Shown: positions 41,308-48,978 of the stretch, piece by piece | How positions within the stretch are numbered: the first letter of the stretch is position 1 | Layout of the letters: each line of letters begins with the position of its first letter | Assembly (NCBI GenBank): GCA_047602405.1 | Contig: JASGHJ010000002.1 | Span: 3,552,001-3,616,000, forward strand | Source: Anaeromyxobacteraceae bacterium | GTDB lineage: Bacteria > Myxococcota > Myxococcia > Myxococcales > Anaeromyxobacteraceae | Reading direction: 5' to 3' | DNA: 64,000 bases | The notes under the pieces: generated by a model | Told to the model about the DNA's origin: nothing | What the model saw: only the letters and a program-made list of their open reading frames with translations | Databases searched by the model: none | Made by a program: the position numbers and the translations under genes

Positions 41308-41517
41308 CTATTCCTTGACCACGAGCACGTGGATCGCCTTCACCACGAGCTTCACCGAGTCGCCCGGCTTCAGCGCGAGGTCCTCGGCGGACTCGACCGT
41401 CATGACCGACGCCATCCTCGCGGGCGCCGAGACGTCGAGCTTCACCTCGCACATGATGCTGCCCTTCTTCACCTCGGTGACCTTCGCCGTGAGCTGGTTG
41501 CGCGCGCCGTACTTCAT
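41308..41517 (-). CDS. Molbindin/TOBE (Mop) molybdate/tungstate-binding protein
   Basis: MKYGARNQL..VTEVKKG..SVMTVES..LKPGD..VKA; GGAGG RBS. Confidence 0.9.
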   Translation of the reverse strand: MKYGARNQLTAKVTEVKKGSIMCEVKLDVSAPARMASVMTVESAEDLALKPGDSVKLVVKAIHVLVVKE

Positions 41518-41563
41518 GGATGGCCTCCATTCGACAGCGGGGTGGATCCGCGAAGCATAAGCG

Positions 41564-42445
41564 TCATCCGTCGAGGATGCGCTCCTTTCCGGCGTAGACG
41601 TTCATCCCGGTCCCCCGGACGAAGGCCGCGAGCGTGAGGCCCGACTGGGTGGCGAGCTCCACCGCGAGCGACGTCGGCGCCGACACCGTGGCGACCACCG
41701 GGATCCGGGCCTTCGCGGCCTTCTGGACGATCTCGACGCCGGCGCGGGAGGAGACGGTGAGCATTCCCGGCTGCGGCACCGGCTGGCCCGCCCGCCGCGC
41801 CTCGAGCTGGGCGACGAGCAGCGCGCCCACCACCTTGTCGACCGCGTTGTGGCGGCCCACGTCCTCGTGGGCCGCGAGGAGCGCGCCGTCCCTCCCCCAC
41901 AGCGCCGCGACGTGCGCGCCGCCGGTGCGCTCGAAGACCGGCTGGTTCTCGCGCAGCCGGTCGATCCGCGCGGTGAGCTCGGAGGCCGCGACGGTGAAGC
42001 CCGGCTCCGGGCGCGGGAGATCGCAGAGGAGATCGGACACCGCCTGGCGTCCACAGACGCCGCACGCGGAGGAGGCCGCGAAGGGGCGGCGCGCGCCGTC
42101 GAGCCGGGAGAGGTCGAGCTTCGGCGAGGAGGACGGCGCCACCTCGACGAGGTTGCCGTAGCCCTCGTCGTCGGGCCGGCCGCAGTGGTAGACGGCGGCG
42201 ACGTCGTCGGCCGAGGCGATGATCCCCTCGGCGAACAGGAACCCGAGCGCGAGCTTCTCGTCGTCGCCCGGGGTCCGCATCAGCACGCCGACGGTCTCGC
42301 CTCCGACGCGGATCTCGAGCGGCTCCTCGACGGCCACGAGGTCGCGCGCGGCGCCCGGCGCGCGCCCCGGCGCGGCGCGGCCGCGGCGGAGCACGTCGAC
42401 CTCGGCGAGCCTCGCGCGCGGCGACGGCAGCCGCTCATCCGACAC
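41564..42445 (-). CDS. fdhD: Formate dehydrogenase accessory sulfurtransferase FdhD
   Basis: EEPLEI, MRTPGDD, SSACGVCG, TGGAH, EDVGRHNAVDK, SAPTSLA. Confidence 0.95.
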   Translation of the reverse strand: MSDERLPSPRARLAEVDVLRRGRAAPGRAPGAARDLVAVEEPLEIRVGGETVGVLMRTPGDDEKLALGFLFAEGIIASADDVAAVYHCGRPDDEGYGNLVEVAPSSSPKLDLSRLDGARRPFAASSACGVCGRQAVSDLLCDLPRPEPGFTVAASELTARIDRLRENQPVFERTGGAHVAALWGRDGALLAAHEDVGRHNAVDKVVGALLVAQLEARRAGQPVPQPGMLTVSSRAGVEIVQKAAKARIPVVATVSAPTSLAVELATQSGLTLAAFVRGTGMNVYAGKERILDG

Positions 42446-44429
42446 GGCGCGGACCTCCCGGGCCGGGCACGACGGCCCCGGAGTCCGGCCCGCCCGCGTC
42501 CGGCGTGCGCTTCACGGCGACCTGGTCGGTCACGACCTCGAACGCGCCGATCACGTGGCCGGCGGGGTCGCGCAGCGGCACCGCGGTGTAGAGCACGTGC
42601 AGGTCCAGCCCCTCGGGGTGGGCGTCGGTCTCGCTGTTGACCTCGCGGTCCTGGCGCATGGCCCGCGCGGCGGCGCAGCCGGCGGAGCGGCAGTCGCCCA
42701 TCCGGAACCCGTCGTAGCAGCGGGTCCCCACGAGCTCCGCCTGGGAGCGGCCGAGCAGCGTGGCCCCGGTCTGGTTCATGTAGCGGATGGTGAAGTCGGG
42801 CCCGATGATCATCGCCGGCGCCGGCATGACGTCCAGGTGGTGCACGAGCGTCTCGAGCGTGGCGTTCACGCCCTCGAGGGCCGCGCGGTACGCCCCCTGG
42901 AACGCCTCGGGCTTCGCGCGCTCGGAGAGCCGGCCCTCGACCGCGGCGTGGGCCAGGCGGTCCATCTCGGCGACGAGCCGGGTGAGCTCGCCCTTCGCGT
43001 CCTGGAAGCTGTGGGTGAGCTCGTCGTGCTCGCCGCGGGGCGCGACGTCCACCGAGAGCTCGCCCTTCGCGATGGCGTCCGCGCCGCGGGCGACGTCGTG
43101 CAGGTACGCGATGGTGCCGCGGAAGGCCTCGGCGAGCCGGCCAATCTCGTCCTTCGAGCGGAAGGTGACCTCCTGGCGGAGGTCGCCCTGGGAGATGCGC
43201 TCGGCCGCGAGCGCCATGTCCTCGAGCGGCGCGGCGAGCTTCCTCGCGCCGCCCCGCGCCGCCCAGATCGTCCCGAGGAGGAGCGCGAAGCCGATGGCCG
43301 CGACGAGGAGGAACGCGCCCGCGAGCGACGCCTGCATGCGGCGCAGCGCGCCGAGCGACTCCTCGTGGTCGAGCTCCGCCACGATCACCCAGTCCCAGGG
43401 CTGGAAGTCGATCGCCGCCGCGATGCGCTCGTGGGGCGGCCCCTTCTCGGCGGGCCGCGTGAACCGCACCTCCACCGTGCGATCGCGGGCGGCGATCGCC
43501 TTCTCGACGAGGTCCTTCACGTACGGCGTGCCCGAGGCGTCCCGCGCACCCCAGCCGTCGGTGCCGGCGACGACCCCGGCCGGCGGGATGAGGAACTTGC
43601 CGCGCTGGTTGCCGGTGCCGCCGAGGACGAACATCTCGCCGCTCGCGCCGAACCGGGAGTTCACCACGCCGCTCCGGATGCCCTCGAGCGCGTCCTGGCG
43701 GAGGCCCACGAACAGCATGCCGACCACCCGGCCGGTCGCGTCGCGCACCGGCTCGTAGCCGGAGAGGTGCCAGTTGTCGACCACGCGGGCGCGGCCGCGG
43801 TACGTCTCGCCGCGGAGCACGGTCGACACCACCGGGTTGGGCTCGCCGTCGGGGTCGACCGCGGGGATGTAGGTGGCGACGGCGCGGCCGCCCTCCCGCG
43901 GGTCGGGGACCGTGGTCGCGACGCGGAGCATGTCGCCCCGGTCGTTCATGCGCTGGAAGAGGGTCGACTCGGCGCCGACGAGCTCCTTCACGCGGTCGAC
44001 GAGCGGGCTCGGGCGGGCGAAGTCCTTGTTGACGGGGAGCGGCGTGCCGCCGAGGAGCACCCGGGGGAGCGAGACCTCGACGACCGAGCGGTCGAGCTGG
44101 TTCGTGGCCCGCCAGGTCACCTGCTCGGTGCGGGAGAACCCGAAGCCGCCGAGCTGGTCCACCTGGTCGTGCATGACGCGCAGGCTGCGGGGCACCTGAT
44201 CCCAGAGGCCCTGGTGCGTCGCCTCGCAGAGGGTGCGCACGTCGCGGGCCGCGCGCGCGACGCCGTCGCGGGCGAGCGCGCCCATCCCCTCCTCGACCAT
44301 CGACTCCATCCGGCCGCGCTGCGTCGCGAAGACCGCGAGCACCGCCGCCACGAGCAGCGCCGTGGGGGCGAGCGCCACGACCAGGATCTTCTGGCGGAGC
44401 GGCATGTCCTTCGCGAACTGTCTCGGCAC
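42435..44429 (-). CDS. Cache-HAMP-PAS membrane sensor (chemoreceptor-like) lacking an output domain
   Basis: TM, TLFQRMNDRGDMLRVATT..GRA..YEP Cache region, TM, HAMP (DEIGRLA), PAS; ends shortly after the PAS domain. Confidence 0.75.
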   Translation of the reverse strand: MPRQFAKDMPLRQKILVVALAPTALLVAAVLAVFATQRGRMESMVEEGMGALARDGVARAARDVRTLCEATHQGLWDQVPRSLRVMHDQVDQLGGFGFSRTEQVTWRATNQLDRSVVEVSLPRVLLGGTPLPVNKDFARPSPLVDRVKELVGAESTLFQRMNDRGDMLRVATTVPDPREGGRAVATYIPAVDPDGEPNPVVSTVLRGETYRGRARVVDNWHLSGYEPVRDATGRVVGMLFVGLRQDALEGIRSGVVNSRFGASGEMFVLGGTGNQRGKFLIPPAGVVAGTDGWGARDASGTPYVKDLVEKAIAARDRTVEVRFTRPAEKGPPHERIAAAIDFQPWDWVIVAELDHEESLGALRRMQASLAGAFLLVAAIGFALLLGTIWAARGGARKLAAPLEDMALAAERISQGDLRQEVTFRSKDEIGRLAEAFRGTIAYLHDVARGADAIAKGELSVDVAPRGEHDELTHSFQDAKGELTRLVAEMDRLAHAAVEGRLSERAKPEAFQGAYRAALEGVNATLETLVHHLDVMPAPAMIIGPDFTIRYMNQTGATLLGRSQAELVGTRCYDGFRMGDCRSAGCAAARAMRQDREVNSETDAHPEGLDLHVLYTAVPLRDPAGHVIGAFEVVTDQVAVKRTPDAGGPDSGAVVPGPGGPRRVG

Positions 44430-44511
44430 GGGGCGCACCTCCGGACACGCCCGGTATACCTCAGCGCTCGGGCCTTGAGCACCCCGGCCCTCCCCGGTGT
44501 AACCTCCGGCC

Positions 44512-46503
44512 GTGATCTCCGCTTCCCCCACCGCGACGCTCCGCCGGCGGCTGGACGTCGTGTGGGAGCGGTTCGTCGCGAGCGGGGAGATCGAGGGGGC
44601 GCGGCCGGAGATCGCCCGCTCCTGGCGCCGGGTGCGGGAGCTCGAGCTCGACGACGGCCTGCCCCGGGCGCCGTCGGTGGCGGCTCCGGAGCTCGCGCGC
44701 CGCACCGCGCTCGACGAGGTGCTGTGGGTCGCCCGCCCGGTCCTCGGCGAGGCCGCCGAGCGGCTCCGGCAGAAGGGCTCGCTCGTCGGCTGGGCGGATC
44801 CGGAGGGCTGCGTCCTGTGGCTCGACGGCGACCCCGACGCGCTCGACGCGGCGAGAGAGATCAACCTCGGGCCCGGCGGGACCTGGGGAGAGGCGATCGC
44901 GGGCACGAACGGGATCGGCACCGCCATCGCGGACCGCGCGCCGGTCGAGGTGGTCGCCTCCGAGCACCTCGTGCGCGCCTGGCAGCGCTGGCGCACCGCC
45001 GGGGCGCCGGTGCTCACGCCGTCGGTCGCCGGCCCGGTGGGCGTCGTGGTCGTCGCGGGCGGGTGGGACGCGCCGGAGCCGCAGGGCGCCCCGCTCGCCG
45101 CCGCGCTCGCCGCCGCGATCTCCGAGCGCCTCCGCACCCGGGCCGCCGTGCGCGACGCGCTGGTGCGGCACGCGCTCCGGGCCGCCCGCGACACCGGCGA
45201 CGCGCTCGTGGTGCTCGACGCGCGCGGGGCGGTGCTCCACCAGAACGAGGCCGCCCGCGAGGCCCTGCCGCTCGAGCGGGGCGAGACCCCGCGCGGCGTG
45301 CGCGAGCGGCTCGTCGCGGCGCTGTCGGGGCCGGGGCAGCCGGCCGACGAGCTCGTGCTCGACTGGCCCGCGGGGTCCGGCGAGGAGAAGCACCGCGTGC
45401 TCGCCTCGATCGAGGCGCTCGACGGCCGGCCGCTCGCCGCGTTCGTGCGCGTGCCCCGCCGCGCGAGCGGGGCCGCCGTCGCGCCGGCGCCCGCCGCCGG
45501 CGCCGCCCGCCAGCGCCCGGTCGCGCGCTACGCCTTCGGCAACCTCGCCGGCCGGTCCGACCGGCTGCGCGCCGCCATCACGCTCGCCGAGGGCGCGGCC
45601 CACAACGACCTCCCGGTCGTGCTGCAGGGCGAGTCCGGCACCGGCAAGGAGCTCTTCGCCCACGGCATCCACGCCGCGAGCGACCGCGCCGCGGCGCCGT
45701 TCGTGGCCGTGAACTGCGGGGCCATCCCCGCGCCGCTCGTCGAGGCGGAGCTCTTCGGCTACGAGCCCGGCACCTTCACCGGCGGCCAGAAGGAGGGCCG
45801 CGCCGGGAAGCTCGAGGAGGCGCACGGCGGCACGCTCTTCCTCGACGAGGTGACGGAGCTGCCCCTCCCCGCGCAGACCGCGCTCCTCCGCGTGCTGCAG
45901 GAGGGCGAGGTCACCCGCCTCGGCGGCAGCCGCCCGCGCCGGGTCGAGGTGCGCATCGTGGCCGCGACGAACCGCGACCTCGCCGGCGAGGTCGCCGCGG
46001 GCCGGTTCCGCCAGGACCTCTTCTTCCGGCTCTCGGTGCTCCACCTCGACGTGCCGCCGCTCCGCGAGCGCGCCGGCGACGTCTCGTTCCTCGCGACCGT
46101 CTTCCTCGACGAGGCGGCCCGCCGCGTCGGCCGCGGCCCGCTCAGCCTCTCGCCCGCCGCGCTCGAGAAGCTCGAGGCGCACGGCTGGCCCGGCAACGTC
46201 CGCGAGCTCAAGAACGCCGTCATGCGCGCCGCCGCCGTCGCGGCGAGCGAGGTGATCGGGCCGGACGACCTCCGGCTCGTGGACCTCAGGCCGTCGCGCC
46301 CGTCCGTGGCGGCCCCCGCGTCGCCGGCCTCCCCGCTGCCCGCCGACGGCCCCGCCGCGGACCCCGAGGGCGGCCCGGGCAAGGACGAGCTCGTCGCCGC
46401 GCTCGAGGCCTGCGGCTGGAACATCGCCCGCACCGCGACGACGCTCGGCGTGTCGCGGATGACGCTGTACCGGCGGCTCCGGCGGTTCGGGATCACGCGG
46501 TAG
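44512..46503 (+). CDS. Sigma54-dependent activator, GAF-PAS-AAA+-Fis (AcoR-like)
   Basis: SWRR, GTNGIGTA GAF; GESGTGKE, GTFTGG, WPGNVREL, LGVSRMTLYRRL. Confidence 0.92.
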   Translation: MISASPTATLRRRLDVVWERFVASGEIEGARPEIARSWRRVRELELDDGLPRAPSVAAPELARRTALDEVLWVARPVLGEAAERLRQKGSLVGWADPEGCVLWLDGDPDALDAAREINLGPGGTWGEAIAGTNGIGTAIADRAPVEVVASEHLVRAWQRWRTAGAPVLTPSVAGPVGVVVVAGGWDAPEPQGAPLAAALAAAISERLRTRAAVRDALVRHALRAARDTGDALVVLDARGAVLHQNEAAREALPLERGETPRGVRERLVAALSGPGQPADELVLDWPAGSGEEKHRVLASIEALDGRPLAAFVRVPRRASGAAVAPAPAAGAARQRPVARYAFGNLAGRSDRLRAAITLAEGAAHNDLPVVLQGESGTGKELFAHGIHAASDRAAAPFVAVNCGAIPAPLVEAELFGYEPGTFTGGQKEGRAGKLEEAHGGTLFLDEVTELPLPAQTALLRVLQEGEVTRLGGSRPRRVEVRIVAATNRDLAGEVAAGRFRQDLFFRLSVLHLDVPPLRERAGDVSFLATVFLDEAARRVGRGPLSLSPAALEKLEAHGWPGNVRELKNAVMRAAAVAASEVIGPDDLRLVDLRPSRPSVAAPASPASPLPADGPAADPEGGPGKDELVAALEACGWNIARTATTLGVSRMTLYRRLRRFGITR

Positions 46504-46688
46504 GCGCGGGCCCCGGAGATCACCCGTTGACCTCCGCGCGGGGCCTGCCCCGCCGCGTACACCCACGGACCTCGGCGGGTCCGGCCCCGAAAAGGCTGGC
46601 CGGCGCCGAGATCACCCTGCGTGGAACGTGGTCGGATGTGGGGACTCCCTGCTCCCTCGCCCCGGGAAGCAGCGGGAGGGAGGCCGAC

Positions 46689-48674
46689 ATGGCCCGGTCC
46701 ACGCTCCTCGCCGCGAGCTTCGCCGCGGTGTTCGCCGTCGCGCTCTCCGCGTGCGACGCCCCCGCCACCTCGAGCGAGGCCGCCAGCGCCCAGCCGCCCG
46801 GGCCGTCCTTGCTCCTGCCGCCCGGCTGCCCCGCGCCGACGAACGACGTCACGCTCGACATGGAGCTCGGCGTGCCGCTCCTCTACCCGGAGCTGAAGCT
46901 CTTCAACGTGTTCTGGGGAGAGCACTGGGACGACAACCCGGCCAACTTCAAGCGCGCCGACGTGGACCAGGCGCTGCGCGACGTGGTCGCCTCGCCGTAC
47001 TTCGACCGGCTCTGCCAGTACGGCGTGCCGCAGCCGAGCTTCGAGGGCAGCTCCGACACCGACGGCCTCATCTACCCCTGCGCGCGCAGCCCGGGCGCCA
47101 CCACCTCGACGCCGGCGATCTTCGGCTACATGAGCTGCGCGGAGTACTCGACCATCGCGACCGGCGTGCCGCTCGCGATCGGCGCGCCCAACCCGGGCTG
47201 CATCGCCTGCAGCGGGCTCCCCGTCGACTGCGCGAACCCGGTGACCCTGCCCGCCGAGCCCTTCTGCCTCGCGACGCCGAACCCGACCGGCAACCGCGTC
47301 TACGTGGTGCTCCTGCCGAAGGGGACGATCATCGACGACTTCGGCTCGCGCTCCTGCACGAACTACGGCGCGTACCACTTCCAGATCCCCTCGCGCGCGG
47401 TGTTCCAGCCCTTCCCGCCGTTCGTGATCCCGGGCACCCAGGGGCGGCCGCTGAACCTCGCCGTCATCCCGACCGAGTGCTACCCGACGCTCGCCGACCT
47501 CGTCACCGCCATCACGCACGAGGTGGTCGAGGCGGCGACCGATCCGCTGCCGCTCGCGCACTGGCTCGACACCTCGAGCGCGAGCCCGGGCGGGGTGTTC
47601 GACATCACGCACATCGGCTCGCTCTTCACGGACGGCGAGGCCGCCGACATCTGCCAGAACCAGGGCTTCACCCAGACGCCGCTCACCGGCTCGACCGGGC
47701 TCGCGATCGGCGTCGCGCCCTACTGGTCGAACGCGGACAACGCGTGCGTCTCGATCGACGCGACGCCGCCCGTCACCGTCGCGAGCGCAGCCCCGCCGCC
47801 GACGCTCTCCGGCTGGAACGCGGGCGACGTGACGGTGACGCTCACCGCCACCGACCCGGGCACGCCGGCCTCCGGGGTGAAGGAGATCGTGCACGCGGCG
47901 ACCGGCGCGCAGCCGATCCCGGCGACGGTGGTGCCGGGCGCCGTGGACGCGGTGACCTTCACGGCCGAGGGGTCGAGCCACCTCACCTTCCACGCGGTGG
48001 ACCAGGCCGGGAACGTCGAGGCGGAGCACGGCCTCGACGTGCGGATCGACCGGACGCCGCCGGTGGTGGCCTGGACCGGCAACGCCGGCACCTACACGGC
48101 GGACGCGACCGTCGCGCTCGGCTGCAGCGCCACCGACGCGCTCTCGGGGGTCGCGAGCACGACCTGCGTGAACGTCTCCGCCCCCGCCTGGACGTTCGGC
48201 CCCGGGCCGCACACCGTGACCGCCTCGGCGAGCGACCGCGCCGGCAACACGGCGAGCGCGAGCGCCACCTTCACGGTCGCGGCGACCGCGACCTCGCTGT
48301 GCACGCTCGCGAAGGCGCTCTCGAGCGAACCGAGGACCGCCGACCGCCTCTGCTGCCTCCTCGCGCGCATCGACCGCGCGCGGTGCTGCCGCCAGCAGGC
48401 CCACGCGGTGGAGATGGTGCGCGAGGAGCTGTGCGAGGAGGCGGGCGACGCGTTCACCGAGGCGGAGGCCGCCGCCCTCGACGCGTTCGCGGCGACGCTC
48501 GCGCCCGCGAGCTGCTCGGAGAAGCCGCGGCCCAACGGCGACGACGAGCACGGCGACGACGCGCAGGCCGGCGGGGACAAGGACTCCTGCGGGCGGGCCC
48601 GCGGTCAGGGCTTCGCGCTCGCGTCCGGCCAGGGCGGCGAGCACCGCGACCGCTGCCAGCCCGGGCACCCGTAG
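46689..48674 (+). CDS. Secreted Cys-rich lipoprotein with Phi-1/EXORDIUM-like domain and Ig-like repeats
   Basis: GGAGG RBS, LSAC lipobox; GAYH, HEVVEAATDP, GEAADIC, WSN; D.AGN and ID.TPP beta-sandwich repeats. Confidence 0.65.
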   Translation: MARSTLLAASFAAVFAVALSACDAPATSSEAASAQPPGPSLLLPPGCPAPTNDVTLDMELGVPLLYPELKLFNVFWGEHWDDNPANFKRADVDQALRDVVASPYFDRLCQYGVPQPSFEGSSDTDGLIYPCARSPGATTSTPAIFGYMSCAEYSTIATGVPLAIGAPNPGCIACSGLPVDCANPVTLPAEPFCLATPNPTGNRVYVVLLPKGTIIDDFGSRSCTNYGAYHFQIPSRAVFQPFPPFVIPGTQGRPLNLAVIPTECYPTLADLVTAITHEVVEAATDPLPLAHWLDTSSASPGGVFDITHIGSLFTDGEAADICQNQGFTQTPLTGSTGLAIGVAPYWSNADNACVSIDATPPVTVASAAPPPTLSGWNAGDVTVTLTATDPGTPASGVKEIVHAATGAQPIPATVVPGAVDAVTFTAEGSSHLTFHAVDQAGNVEAEHGLDVRIDRTPPVVAWTGNAGTYTADATVALGCSATDALSGVASTTCVNVSAPAWTFGPGPHTVTASASDRAGNTASASATFTVAATATSLCTLAKALSSEPRTADRLCCLLARIDRARCCRQQAHAVEMVREELCEEAGDAFTEAEAAALDAFAATLAPASCSEKPRPNGDDEHGDDAQAGGDKDSCGRARGQGFALASGQGGEHRDRCQPGHP

Positions 48675-48675
48675 C

Positions 48676-48733
48676 GGCTGTCACACCCCGACGGCTGGGA
48701 CATGTCACAGGGCTCCTGTGACACGTGACAGCC
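48676..48733. promoter_or_regulatory. Array of TGTCACA/TGTGACA repeats, candidate activator-binding site
   Basis: Five TGTCACA/TGKGACA-like units, palindromically arranged, ~120-170 nt upstream of the sigma54 promoter. Confidence 0.55.
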
Positions 48734-48847
48734 GTCGGGCCGACGCGCACTGCGTCGTGCGCATCCGCTGCGCGACCTCGGACCAGCTTCCGACCCCCGC
48801 GCACGTTCCGCGGCTGCCCTCACAGGTCCACTTCTGGTGATCGGCCG

Positions 48848-48863
48848 GGGCAGGCTTCTTGCT
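48848..48863 (+). promoter_or_regulatory. Sigma54 (-24/-12) promoter of the fdh operon
   Basis: gGGCAGGCTTCTTGCT, GG-N10-GC with TTGC. Confidence 0.65.
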
Positions 48864-48978
48864 CAAGGGCCCGGCGCTGCGATCCGCATCATCGCAAGGA
48901 TCCACAGGGTTGATCGAGGTCAACCGCCGGACGCGCAGGGCGCCGGCGGTCCATTCGCCGAAGCACAGGAGGAGTCGC

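Noticed and set aside
42219..46688. 5' two-thirds of the 2151-aa ORF 42219..48674
   Set aside because: Shadow frame over the Cache sensor and the activator; the real gene starts at 46689 with an RBS and signal peptide
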